A stretch of 64,000 nucleotides of DNA from a virus. Below, one piece after another: positions 1 to 9,040 of this stretch. The notes beneath the pieces are model-generated. The model saw only the letters and a program-made list of their open reading frames with translations. It searched no databases and was not told the DNA's origin. The stretch covers positions 38,132 through 102,131 of IMG/VR virus record IMGVR_UViG_3300025000_000067. One strand, 5' to 3'. The translations under genes were made by a program, and so were the position numbers. Numbering within the stretch: the stretch's first letter is position 1; each line of letters begins with the position of its first letter.

Positions 1-16
1 TAGGGATATAAAGCGT

Positions 17-283
17 ATGCCTAAGGCAGAGGAACCTTCAGAAGTCATGCTAAGCCCACAAGAAGCAGTAGATACTATGTACGAGGAGACTCATAGTGAG
101 TCTGAGAATACCCTAATGTTAAGTTCCACAGTAATCTATGTTAATAAAAGGAAATCTGCCTTTTCATTACATCTTGAAAAAAGTATGGATGGATCAGAGA
201 TCAAAGAGGCGCTTTTAAGTTATGCATCCATCTTAGATGACAAGAAAGTTTATGACCTTCTGCTTGATATAGGAGGAGACTAG
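17..283 (+). CDS. hypothetical protein
   Basis: 88-aa ORF; true start may lie upstream of the window. Confidence 0.55.
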   Translation: MPKAEEPSEVMLSPQEAVDTMYEETHSESENTLMLSSTVIYVNKRKSAFSLHLEKSMDGSEIKEALLSYASILDDKKVYDLLLDIGGD

Positions 284-295
284 CATCATCCATCA

Positions 296-362
296 TCCAC
301 TTTTTAAAGATACCTATGTATATTAATAATAGGGGATAGAGCCCCTAAAATAAGTGAAGGAG
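296..362 (+). promoter_or_regulatory. repeated cassette promoter copy 1 (TCCACT-N17-TATATT) + AGGGG/CCCCT hairpin + SD
   Basis: near-identical to copies at 552, 2298 and 2888; fixed 17-bp spacer. Confidence 0.75.
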
Positions 363-370
363 CTGGTCAT

Positions 371-529
371 ATGTTAAAGAGAATCACATTAGCCCATGTC
401 GTTATCTTGGTCCTTGTAGGCATAGCAGTCTTCAGTAAATACCATGAGCCCAAAGCGGTTCAAGGATTTGGTACAAAGGACAATATTGTACCAACGTTCC
501 ATGTGACTTCAAAAGCTACTAAAATGTAA
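371..529 (+). CDS. small membrane/secreted protein (52 aa, not in ORF track)
   Basis: AAGGAG SD; MLKRITLAHVVILVLVGIAVFSKY... hydrophobic N-terminus. Confidence 0.7.
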   Translation: MLKRITLAHVVILVLVGIAVFSKYHEPKAVQGFGTKDNIVPTFHVTSKATKM

Positions 530-551
530 TCTAGGGGCCTACGGGCCCCCG

Positions 552-616
552 TCCACTTTTTTAAAAAGCCTATGTATAGTATTAGTAGGGGATGGAACCC
601 CTAAAACAAGAAGGAG
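552..616 (+). promoter_or_regulatory. repeated cassette promoter copy 2 (TCCACT-N17-TATAGT) + hairpin + SD
   Basis: direct sequence repeat; preceded by a GGGGCC/GGCCCC hairpin. Confidence 0.75.
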
Positions 617-627
617 CGTGTTGAGAA

Positions 628-813
628 ATGAACTACATCAAACAAATGCAAGAAAATGTTGAGGATCTTAAGAAAACCAATGCTGAACAGTGTGAGGTTA
701 TTAATGAATTTTTACACTACCTCGGGTCCTCTAAATTCTGGAATGATCCTACGATTCAGGTTAGCGAAGTCCAACAGATGCTAGTGAATATCAAAATGGC
801 TTTGACCACATAA
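628..813 (+). CDS. hypothetical protein
   Basis: SD AAGGAG, downstream of repeated promoter. Confidence 0.7.
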   Translation: MNYIKQMQENVEDLKKTNAEQCEVINEFLHYLGSSKFWNDPTIQVSEVQQMLVNIKMALTT

Positions 814-882
814 TTACTTCGGAAGTGGGTATATTAAGAGTATAAGGGGCTCCGGCCCCTAAAACAAAAGGAGTGTTAAACG

Positions 883-1173
883 ATGGAAAGATTAACATAT
901 CAATACAACTGTGTTGGATGTCCCAATATCAATGAGCTAAACTACATCATAGACAACGCTAAGGACATCACGTACCAAACTTTTCGAAGGCATGTTGATA
1001 CAGAATCTTTTACTCTGCTAAAAGAGCAGCTAGGTTACACACCACAATTAGCGAGAGACTGTAGCTTAACCCTGGCTAATGACTGGGCCGTAAGCTTTTG
1101 CAAATCAAAAACACCTAAGGGTAAACCTGTGTACTATATACGTCACTCAGCAATTGAACACATTTTTAAGTAG
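883..1173 (+). CDS. hypothetical phage protein
   Basis: SD AAGGAG after hairpin; 96 aa. Confidence 0.75.
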   Translation: MERLTYQYNCVGCPNINELNYIIDNAKDITYQTFRRHVDTESFTLLKEQLGYTPQLARDCSLTLANDWAVSFCKSKTPKGKPVYYIRHSAIEHIFK

Positions 1174-1189
1174 GGGGAGTGGACCTAAG

Positions 1190-1384
1190 ATGAAAAAAGG
1201 CGATTACGTAGAGACTCCTAGATTCTTGATGGTAAAAATTGAAAAGGTATTTCGTAAAATGGAGAGGGCTGTAAAAGAGGGGTATACTGAGCCAACTCAT
1301 TACAGGAATTCAGATTATCACATTAGAGGTAAGTGCCTTGGTGAAAATCGGATGATCTTTGCAGCAGTTAAAAGAGAACTATAG
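1190..1384 (+). CDS. hypothetical protein
   Basis: ATG at 1190 follows GGGGGAG SD (ORF track start 1154). Confidence 0.65.
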   Translation: MKKGDYVETPRFLMVKIEKVFRKMERAVKEGYTEPTHYRNSDYHIRGKCLGENRMIFAAVKREL

Positions 1385-1494
1385 AGGAATACTTCTGTGC
1401 TACGGAAGACAGGCAGGCGCTTAACATCCTGCCTTGATTCGGGCTCACAGGCGAAGAGGCATCGACCTCTAAGATAGAAGGGAAGTTTAGGAAG

Positions 1495-2277
1495 ATGAAT
1501 GAAATTACAGGACCTTTAGAGTTACGAGATGACTATACATCCATAATCGTTAGTTACTCAACAGGCATAGACTCAACAGGGGCCTTAGCCAAAGCCTTAG
1601 AACTTGCTAAGAAGTTACCACGAAAGACCAAAAAGTTTCTGCTTTATTGTGACACAGGTATGGAGTACAAAATTAATACTGGGTTATTCTACCAAGTAGC
1701 AAAAGCGTTTAAATTAGTACCAGTGCTACTTCAGAATGAAAAAACCTTTCTAGATATCCTACTTGAGCGCCAGAAGTGGCCGGATATGAAAAATCGTTGG
1801 TGTACCTCCTATCTTAAGACAGGAGTAACAGATAAATGGATCAGAGCAAATCGTCACATGCTAGGAGAGAGGGTGCTGTTTATAACCGGGGAGCGCCGGG
1901 ATGAAAGTCCACGTAGAGCAAAGTATCCAGAATTGGATTGGCAAAGCACTACGCTCAAAACAGAGCGGAAAGGTAGATTCATATGCCACTGGTATCGGCC
2001 TGTTCTTGACTTTGAGAAGGGTAAAATGTTTGAGTATGGTAAAAAACTCCATATTCCCCCGCACCCCTGCTATGAGTATGTGAATAGATGTAGCTGCATG
2101 TTCTGTGTTTTCATGATGGATAAGCATACTATTGAGAATATGAAAAACCATCCTCAAGACGCACAGAAATGGTTACAGGCAGAACTAAAGATAAATCACA
2201 CCTGGAAGAACAAGATGAGCTTAAATAAGCTCTGGAATGAAAACTGTGAAGAAGCCCCTATGAATATCATTGTCTAA
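1495..2277 (+). CDS. PAPS reductase family protein
   Basis: PP-loop SYSTGIDS, DTGME, RWCTSYLK, GERRDESPRR, C-terminal RCSCMFC. Confidence 0.85.
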   Translation: MNEITGPLELRDDYTSIIVSYSTGIDSTGALAKALELAKKLPRKTKKFLLYCDTGMEYKINTGLFYQVAKAFKLVPVLLQNEKTFLDILLERQKWPDMKNRWCTSYLKTGVTDKWIRANRHMLGERVLFITGERRDESPRRAKYPELDWQSTTLKTERKGRFICHWYRPVLDFEKGKMFEYGKKLHIPPHPCYEYVNRCSCMFCVFMMDKHTIENMKNHPQDAQKWLQAELKINHTWKNKMSLNKLWNENCEEAPMNIIV

Positions 2278-2297
2278 AAGTCATAGGGTGGCTTCCG

Positions 2298-2365
2298 TCC
2301 ACTTTTTAAAAAGGCCTATGTATGGTATTAATAGAGGGGTAGGACCTCTAAAACAAACGAAGGAG
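2298..2365 (+). promoter_or_regulatory. repeated cassette promoter copy 3 (TCCACT-N17-TATGGT) + hairpin + SD
   Basis: direct sequence repeat. Confidence 0.75.
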
Positions 2366-2376
2366 AGTGTATTAAA

Positions 2377-2850
2377 ATGACAGAGAAAATCAATTGGGTA
2401 AAAGTTATGGAAGACAACAGTGAGGCAATAGTTGACACAATCAAACTAGCAAAAGAGGAAGCTTATGGCTGCATGCAAGGATGGCACATTGACGTTGAAA
2501 TAAACGAGGATGGTAAAGTATGGACCAGTGGTCTTAATTCCCATGGAAGTCAATCAATGTCTTCGTGGAAAGGTGAAACCCTTATTGTCTGCCATGTAAA
2601 CTCTTGGGAAGTTGACACAAATGAAGCAGAGGATATTAAGTATTCCCCAGAAATATATGCTGAGTATCTGGCACAGCAGGAAGCCGAAGATGGTTATGAC
2701 TCCGCTTGGGAGTTCATGGAGAATAAATACCCTGAGATTCGCCAACAATGGCAAAAAGATGCTAGAAACTTTGAGATCAGTGAATTTGATGCAGGTGAAC
2801 TGCTGGATAGAGCTATTGAGGGGCAGAGAGCATACCACCAGTTTGACTAA
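2377..2850 (+). CDS. hypothetical acidic protein
   Basis: SD AAGGAG; 157 aa. Confidence 0.8.
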   Translation: MTEKINWVKVMEDNSEAIVDTIKLAKEEAYGCMQGWHIDVEINEDGKVWTSGLNSHGSQSMSSWKGETLIVCHVNSWEVDTNEAEDIKYSPEIYAEYLAQQEAEDGYDSAWEFMENKYPEIRQQWQKDARNFEISEFDAGELLDRAIEGQRAYHQFD

Positions 2851-2887
2851 GTATTTCAGGGGTCCTTAGGCCCCTTTCCTATTATCG

Positions 2888-2953
2888 TCCACTTTTTAAA
2901 AAAGCCTATGTATAGTATTAGTAGAGGGGATCGAGCCCCTAAAATAAAAGGAG
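2888..2953 (+). promoter_or_regulatory. repeated cassette promoter copy 4 (TCCACT-N17-TATAGT) + hairpin + SD
   Basis: direct sequence repeat. Confidence 0.75.
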
Positions 2954-2954
2954 C

Positions 2955-3872
2955 GTGTTGAAGGTGCGAGACACATTTGAAATGGTCAATGGAGCGGTTA
3001 CAGTAATTTTAGGTGGAGCAGACCAGCAAGGTAAGTTTTCTTTTGAAGGTGTTAAAGTATCAACGAAACCTAACGTATTGTTTAAGTCCTATGTTCACAG
3101 CTTAGATAAAAAAGTTAGTGGAGAGCTTACAATCACCTCCCTTCGTGAGCACATCTATGGAAAGATCAAGGTTCAAGCAGATTCGGAGCTTAAAGATTAT
3201 ATCAAAAAGCATATCAATGACACGGCATTTTACACTGAGAAGGATGAATACGAATACAAGTTTTTCTCCCGCGGAGTTAACTCCAAAGATGCATATCCGG
3301 AAATTGACGAGAATATCAACTTAACTTACGGTAGTATTGGCCATGGCTTAGTTAACTGCACAATTAATAATAGATACTGTGTTTACGACCTTGTTCAGGA
3401 CAAATTTATAAGCATTAGATCATCTAGTTATAGCGATGCGGTAGATGTAACCCCACTGCAAATTTTCTATGGGAGAGAACTAAACTTCATTATTGCCCTT
3501 GAGCAGTACAAACTTGGTAAAGCTCACCCGGCCTTTACAGAAGTCGTTAACCTGAATAAGTTCCTTGAGGGTAAAAAGTCAGTGAAACTTAAAATGACCA
3601 ACGGTAAAGTTCATGAGCTTAAAAGCACATCTTCAGAAGTTCGGGCTAATCAAATTATAGAGTGCATCAATGGTGTCTTCTCTATGGAGAATAACTACCA
3701 CCTATCCCCGCGCCTTGAAAAAGATCACACAGGTTTAGAGTTCCTTGATTGCTTGCAGTTCGGTAAACAGACCTATAAAATTAATGCAGCGAACCTAGTA
3801 ATTAAAGCCCCGGCCCCAAAAGTAAAGGCACCTAAGACCCGGGTTCGGAAGTCTAAAAACGCAGCGAAGTAA
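2955..3872 (+). CDS. hypothetical protein with basic C-terminal tail
   Basis: 305-aa ORF behind SD; exact start uncertain. Confidence 0.8.
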   Translation: MLKVRDTFEMVNGAVTVILGGADQQGKFSFEGVKVSTKPNVLFKSYVHSLDKKVSGELTITSLREHIYGKIKVQADSELKDYIKKHINDTAFYTEKDEYEYKFFSRGVNSKDAYPEIDENINLTYGSIGHGLVNCTINNRYCVYDLVQDKFISIRSSSYSDAVDVTPLQIFYGRELNFIIALEQYKLGKAHPAFTEVVNLNKFLEGKKSVKLKMTNGKVHELKSTSSEVRANQIIECINGVFSMENNYHLSPRLEKDHTGLEFLDCLQFGKQTYKINAANLVIKAPAPKVKAPKTRVRKSKNAAK

Positions 3873-3914
3873 TTAATAGGGGCTTCGGCCCCTTAATATA
3901 AAGGAGTGTTTAAG

Positions 3915-4535
3915 ATGGAATTAGCTACTTTTGAGCTACCTAAAGGCTATGAACTTCTGAAGTCTAAGGTCAAAGAGGGCGAAACAGTTGATGGTGGCCC
4001 GGTGCGTATTATCCTAGCTGTAAGAGCTTCTGACGGGGAACATGTTACCTGGGAGTACAATGACAGGAGCAAGTGTTACTGGGGTCACTACTACAGAAGT
4101 AAGTGTTACTGGGGTCACTACTACAGAAGTTTAGAGGCTGCTGAGAGAGACTTCGAAACTAGGAACCCTGACTATACGAAAGCTATCAGAGATGCTAAGG
4201 CGATCTACGAAGAAATGAAGGCCCTCTATGCAGCAGGCAATGAGAACCCAGAGGATTACTTGGTAGTAGCTAAGAAGTATGCTAACTTAGTTACTAAGTA
4301 CGGAAGTTGCAGGGATGGGCTCCATACTGAATGGACTATTCCCGGCACAACATTCCTATCTTCACGGAATACACCTACCTATACTTCCTATAAATCGTTC
4401 ACCAGACTTCCGGATTTCCTTATATTTGCTGAGGACTGTGCTATGATGGTCTATCGCCTAAACGGTGGCGAAGGGTTTACTACGCCAGAGCTTGTGAAGT
4501 TCTTAGACAGTCGGCCTAAGTTCTTAGGGGAATAA
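3915..4535 (+). CDS. hypothetical protein with duplicated KCYWGHYYRS motif
   Basis: ATG 3915 after AAGGAG. Confidence 0.75.
   Translation: MELATFELPKGYELLKSKVKEGETVDGGPVRIILAVRASDGEHVTWEYNDRSKCYWGHYYRSKCYWGHYYRSLEAAERDFETRNPDYTKAIRDAKAIYEEMKALYAAGNENPEDYLVVAKKYANLVTKYGSCRDGLHTEWTIPGTTFLSSRNTPTYTSYKSFTRLPDFLIFAEDCAMMVYRLNGGEGFTTPELVKFLDSRPKFLGE
4071..4130 (+). repeat. perfect 30-bp tandem duplication
   Basis: AAGTGTTACTGGGGTCACTACTACAGAAGT x2. Confidence 0.95.
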
Positions 4536-4573
4536 AAGGGGCTTCGGCCCCTAAAATAAAAGGAGTGCTGTAA

Positions 4574-5113
4574 ATGAAAAAGCTTTTTAAGGCTATGCAA
4601 AGCCTAGTCAACAAACATGTTGAATGCTATCAATCGGACTTCGGAATTGACAAGAAAGTGATCATGGCTAACCCTAATGAAGTTCTTTATTATTGGTACA
4701 TTTGTCAGTATGGGACCTTTCTTGCAAGCGCTACTGACATGCAGTGGGTCGAATCAGGTAGACCAAAATCCGCTAAGTTCTGGTTATCTGAAACTAAGAT
4801 GATCTTTGAAGTTCATATAGATACTAAGGAGCTTAAGTCCATAACCCCATACAAAATGGAGGGTATTATTAAGGCAGCTAAATCTATGTCTGAGAACATT
4901 AAACTTGACTATCTAATCAAGTGGATGGGCAGAGGTCCTATGTTCGAGAATGAGAGGCCTTCTGAAACACTCTACCATGTAGCTGATAGCCTTAACTTTA
5001 AACATCCTAAAATTAATGAACTCATTAAGGATTGCTCAGGTATCCTTACTATTCTTGCTGCCTTAACTGAACTAAAGGCTAGCACAATGCATGAACTAAA
5101 GGAGCGTGCTTAA
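4574..5113 (+). CDS. hypothetical protein
   Basis: SD AAGGAG after hairpin; 179 aa. Confidence 0.8.
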   Translation: MKKLFKAMQSLVNKHVECYQSDFGIDKKVIMANPNEVLYYWYICQYGTFLASATDMQWVESGRPKSAKFWLSETKMIFEVHIDTKELKSITPYKMEGIIKAAKSMSENIKLDYLIKWMGRGPMFENERPSETLYHVADSLNFKHPKINELIKDCSGILTILAALTELKASTMHELKERA

Positions 5114-5516
5114 AATGATGGAATTTAATGACACAGATGTAGTTAAAGAGCTAGTAATCGAGATCAAATTAGAGTTTACAGCATCGGATATTGATAACCT
5201 TATTGTGACGGCTTTTGAGGGTGGTACTGATTATTGGGCAGGCATAATTTATAAAAAAGAGCAGTTTAGTCTTAAACCGAAAGGTGTACCTACGGCACAG
5301 TGGATTACTAAGCTTTTACTTGAGGGGCAAGACGTTGAGCTATGTGATATTGAGGACAGGTCTGAACGTTGGGTACTGAGCTTACAGAAGCTCATGGATG
5401 GTATTGCTTTGAATGCTAAGGAACGTCCAGAGCACATAGACAAGGATAATTGGGATGCTGAGGACGCTGATTGTATTATGCAGTACGCCTTATTCGGGGA
5501 AATTGTATACAGCTAA
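5106..5516 (+). CDS. hypothetical phage protein
   Basis: SD; overlaps upstream stop; followed by GC hairpin + U-tract. Confidence 0.8.
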   Translation: MLKMMEFNDTDVVKELVIEIKLEFTASDIDNLIVTAFEGGTDYWAGIIYKKEQFSLKPKGVPTAQWITKLLLEGQDVELCDIEDRSERWVLSLQKLMDGIALNAKERPEHIDKDNWDAEDADCIMQYALFGEIVYS

Positions 5517-5517
5517 T

Positions 5518-5540
5518 GGGGCTTAAATGCCCCTTCTTTT
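5518..5540 (+). terminator. intrinsic terminator
   Basis: GGGGC..GCCCC stem then TTCTTTT. Confidence 0.55.
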
Positions 5541-5632
5541 CCATAATTTATTTTGTTCAAAGTTGTATAAGTTTGGTCATTATGTGGTATGATAGTATCA
5601 TTGAACTAGTGAAATGAAAGGAGCGGATTATA

Positions 5633-6193
5633 TTGTCAATCGAACCTATTATTTGCCCAGCAGAGGGTAATGGGAAGGTCATGGACTTTCATCAGAAACT
5701 AGGTACTATTCTAGGTCTTACAGGCTCAAAAGAGCTGTACCTATGGGCTAGTAGCTCTGCGAGTGAATACCTGTTCTGCTATGGTAATGCAGAGTACGCG
5801 GTGTCTAAGATTCATTTCTACGATCCAGCAGGGAGAGTCTACACAAATCCTCATGGGTACTTTGGTTACTGGGAGGGCGAAACTAGCTACAGGTATCGAG
5901 GTATAAGCTTTAAGACAAATCAAAAGCTTCTGAAGCGTGTGAAGCTGACGAAAGACTTCAATTGGAAAAAGTCCTACGATGAAGATATTCTGTTCTTTGT
6001 ATCCCGGGGGAGGATGGGATACACCAAACCACAAGCTGAGATATATATCCCCTTCTCATACCTTAGGAACCTAGGGTTTACCGTTGAGGTTGCAGAGTTT
6101 GATCATAATGATGATGAGATTCTGCAGGTGGCTAAGCTGGTAGCGCCAGAATTTTCTGTGATCATAGGTCAAGAAGTTAAATTGAAGGAGTAG
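5633..6193 (+). CDS. hypothetical protein
   Basis: TTG start with AAGGAG; extended -10 TGGTATGAT at 5585-5593. Confidence 0.75.
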   Translation: MSIEPIICPAEGNGKVMDFHQKLGTILGLTGSKELYLWASSSASEYLFCYGNAEYAVSKIHFYDPAGRVYTNPHGYFGYWEGETSYRYRGISFKTNQKLLKRVKLTKDFNWKKSYDEDILFFVSRGRMGYTKPQAEIYIPFSYLRNLGFTVEVAEFDHNDDEILQVAKLVAPEFSVIIGQEVKLKE

Positions 6194-6200
6194 GTGGGGA

Positions 6201-6449
6201 ATGCTTAATCCTATAAAAATTACATGGGAACCTGTAACCTATGGTATGGGGCAGTGGATCGGGTACATGAGGATTAACAATCTACGTAGGGGAGCTGTGC
6301 AAATAGACAGCATAAGAATTGTACTCAAGATATACACTGCTAACCTTTTAACTTGCTCGGAGTTGAATGCACTAACGCATGAGCTAGTGCAAAATCCAAA
6401 TATGAGGGATAAGCTAGTCGAGTTGACGTGCATAGAGGAGGGAGGTTAA
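6201..6449 (+). CDS. hypothetical protein
   Basis: tight operon packing, SD. Confidence 0.6.
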   Translation: MLNPIKITWEPVTYGMGQWIGYMRINNLRRGAVQIDSIRIVLKIYTANLLTCSELNALTHELVQNPNMRDKLVELTCIEEGG

Positions 6450-6452
6450 GCT

Positions 6453-6677
6453 ATGAATCTAATTGATTGCCATGTAACAAAGGTTATCAGTGTTCGGGAA
6501 TTTAACGCTACTGAAGAGTGGAAGCTTGTTAAAGGGGACTGGGGCTTTGGTAATGTCTATACTGAGTTTATGGTGGAGTACTGGGATGACGGCGGGCAGC
6601 AGAAAAAGCCTGAACAATTAATCTTTGAAAGGGGAACTGAGCCAGATGTTAAACCTGGGTACATTTTTCAACACTGA
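6453..6677 (+). CDS. hypothetical protein
   Basis: GGAGG SD. Confidence 0.7.
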   Translation: MNLIDCHVTKVISVREFNATEEWKLVKGDWGFGNVYTEFMVEYWDDGGQQKKPEQLIFERGTEPDVKPGYIFQH

Positions 6678-6880
6678 TGAGGAAGACTAATGAATCTCAA
6701 GCGCACCTTAACTGCTCAAAGTGCAAATGGTCAGACATAAAGGTTAAGGCAGACTACCAGCATAGGGGAGTTGGTTTCTGCCTCGTGCATAAGCAGCAGT
6801 GGATAATCGAACAGCATCCAGAGGAGGATATATCAGAACGGGAATGGGCCAATTCAACCTATGCTAGGTACTACGTCTAA
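6677..6880 (+). CDS. small Cys/His (possible Zn-binding) protein
   Basis: TGATG overlap; CxxC...CxxH. Confidence 0.6.
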   Translation: MRKTNESQAHLNCSKCKWSDIKVKADYQHRGVGFCLVHKQQWIIEQHPEEDISEREWANSTYARYYV

Positions 6881-6912
6881 AGATAAGAAAGAGGAGAGCT
6901 GGGGGTTAAATT

Positions 6913-7407
6913 ATGGCAGAGGACAAAATGCCCAAGCATTGGGAAATGCAAAGAGTATCTAGACTTTCACATGAAGAGCAGCTAGAAAATATGAGGGGTA
7001 GTCTTAGAAGACTAGAGGACAGAAACTCTACGTTAGAACAACGTGTAGAACACCTAAGAGTATCCCGTAGAGTGCTTATGACCTTACTTGAACAACTAGA
7101 GCAGGAAAATGCTTCTGAAATCAAACGCTTGGAAAAACTCTTAGCCTTAGAGAGAAGTCAGAAGAGGCGTGTGTCTAAGGATCATCCTTTATGGGCACCC
7201 CAAGAGCATCCTAGTCTAGATGCTTTAGCCAACGAGTACTTAAAAAGTTACCCTAATGATCCTCAAGCTGTACTAGAAGCCCAAGGTATTAGGGAAAATG
7301 CAAAGAGTATACGTGAGGAGTTTAAATCTGATGAGTCAGAAGTGCTAGCCAGTAAGCAGGATAAGTTGCGGAAAATACGCAGACTTACAGAGCAGGAAAG
7401 AGTCTAA
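6913..7407 (+). CDS. coiled-coil hypothetical protein
   Basis: heptad L/E/R-rich sequence. Confidence 0.7.
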   Translation: MAEDKMPKHWEMQRVSRLSHEEQLENMRGSLRRLEDRNSTLEQRVEHLRVSRRVLMTLLEQLEQENASEIKRLEKLLALERSQKRRVSKDHPLWAPQEHPSLDALANEYLKSYPNDPQAVLEAQGIRENAKSIREEFKSDESEVLASKQDKLRKIRRLTEQERV

Positions 7408-7428
7408 GAAAGAGGAGAGTGTTCAACT

Positions 7429-8043
7429 ATGAAAAGTATTAAGGGGATTGCTGCAGATGCTCGAGACTTAGAACTCATTGAATTAGCCTTTGCTAAAACT
7501 GAGAGAAATCAAGCTGCAACAATCAGCTCCAAGCTAATCTACGGAGCAGCAAGGCAGTGCGGTAAAGTTGACTTCACTGCTTCAGCTTTAGAAGGCCTAC
7601 TAAAAAGTTCACCCATCGAAGTCACGTGTTGCAAATGTGGTGATAAGGGCTTAGCTGAACCTATACCAAGAGTCGATGACAACGTTAAAGAGTGGATCTA
7701 TGAGCTCTGTGACGAAGCTTTTAAGGCCCTAGAGCGAGATCCTAATATACCACCTGATGAAGAGTGCCTACCCGGTAAACCCTGCGCCCGGTGCGCTGAA
7801 ATACTAGCTGAGGTCTTCTGTTCTGAGTGCGGGTGTTTGGTAGATCTGGATGAGCTTTCCAATGAAGAACGCCCTAATAAGGGGTTGTGCAAAGACTGCT
7901 TTGAGGCTATCAGGAGAGCTGGTATTTGCTCAGTATGCGCTTCAGAAGAGTACGATGCAGATGAGTTACAGGAGAGCAGGTGTCCCAGTTGTTATGAAGA
8001 GTTTAGTGCTTACATCGGTGTACAAAAAGAGGAGGAGGAATAA
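7429..8043 (+). CDS. Cys-rich multi-CxxC protein
   Basis: six CxxC pairs; SD AGGAG. Confidence 0.75.
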   Translation: MKSIKGIAADARDLELIELAFAKTERNQAATISSKLIYGAARQCGKVDFTASALEGLLKSSPIEVTCCKCGDKGLAEPIPRVDDNVKEWIYELCDEAFKALERDPNIPPDEECLPGKPCARCAEILAEVFCSECGCLVDLDELSNEERPNKGLCKDCFEAIRRAGICSVCASEEYDADELQESRCPSCYEEFSAYIGVQKEEEE

Positions 8044-8046
8044 GCG

Positions 8047-8865
8047 ATGTTTGTAATTTGTATGAATGACTATCCAGTGGCCACGGCTGAAACTGAACAG
8101 AAAGCATCGAAGGCCCGGGCTTATATTCAAAGGATTTATGACATGCTGTGTATAGCTAGCTCACAATATGGGAGTAAAATTTATATCCATATACATGAAG
8201 TACCTGAAATTTCAACAGTAGAGGATTATCACAATGTCTTTATAAAGTCGGGGGGAGGGCAGTACCAACATATTCTAAATAACCTGATGCACCGAGTATC
8301 GTACCCATTAACTAGCACTGTACCTATACTTAATGCAGAAGAGGCTACTGACCTATTCAAGAACTTTCGGAAAACGTACCCGACCATTGATGAATTCATT
8401 AAGCGTACACAAGCTGAAGGCTGGTCTGTTAGCTCTAAAGAGGAAATCAAGGAAGATATTAATTACTGGAATGTAGCTAGATCATATATGGTGCGTAGTA
8501 ACTGTTTAAAAAGGCAGTACGGATGTGTCATTGTCCGAGCGGACGGGGTTGTAGCTTCTATGGGGTGTAACAAAAGCCGTGTGCCTTGCACCACTTGTGC
8601 TAGGGAAAATGTTGATCATAATTCCGGAGACTATGCAGGGTGCCCGGCTATCCACGCTGAGCAAATGGCTCTTATGAAAGCTAGTGCCCATAACTTGAAA
8701 GGGGCTAAGCTTTACCTAGTTAGTAATGACAACCTAAATGTAACATGCTGCCCTACCTGTCAAAACATAATGAACTGGTATGGAGTAACTCAAGTAACGG
8801 AGGTGTTAATAACGGAGGTGTTAATAACGGAGGTGTTAATAACGGATGAAAGTCAAGAAAATTGA
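8047..8865 (+). CDS. dCMP deaminase-like protein with N-terminal extension
   Basis: SNCLKRQYGCVIV, IHAEQMAL, CCPTC zinc-deaminase motifs in C-terminal half. Confidence 0.8.
   Translation: MFVICMNDYPVATAETEQKASKARAYIQRIYDMLCIASSQYGSKIYIHIHEVPEISTVEDYHNVFIKSGGGQYQHILNNLMHRVSYPLTSTVPILNAEEATDLFKNFRKTYPTIDEFIKRTQAEGWSVSSKEEIKEDINYWNVARSYMVRSNCLKRQYGCVIVRADGVVASMGCNKSRVPCTTCARENVDHNSGDYAGCPAIHAEQMALMKASAHNLKGAKLYLVSNDNLNVTCCPTCQNIMNWYGVTQVTEVLITEVLITEVLITDESQEN
8795..8846 (+). repeat. 15-bp tandem repeat x3 containing a GGAGGTG SD
   Basis: TAACGGAGGTGTTAA x3 + partial. Confidence 0.95.
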
Positions 8866-9040
8866 AAAGCGAATATCTGATGCACTTATAGCAGCACGAA
8901 TGACTAATGCATCATTTGGCTTTGGTGCTAAAACTTCACAGGACATTATTGCAACAACAAAACCATATAGAGATACCTATATCATAGGACCTCTAGAAGA
9001 GGCCTTAAAACTTCTTCGTGAGGGCAAGCGTCATGATTAG
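8846..9040 (+). CDS. hypothetical protein
   Basis: SD supplied by the tandem repeat. Confidence 0.6.
   Translation: MKVKKIEKRISDALIAARMTNASFGFGAKTSQDIIATTKPYRDTYIIGPLEEALKLLREGKRHD

Noticed and set aside
296-4566. Intergenic repeats as a CRISPR array or integron attC sites
   Set aside because: Spacing is irregular and gene-sized; no cas or integrase gene; no attC core sites. Promoter plus leader explains them.
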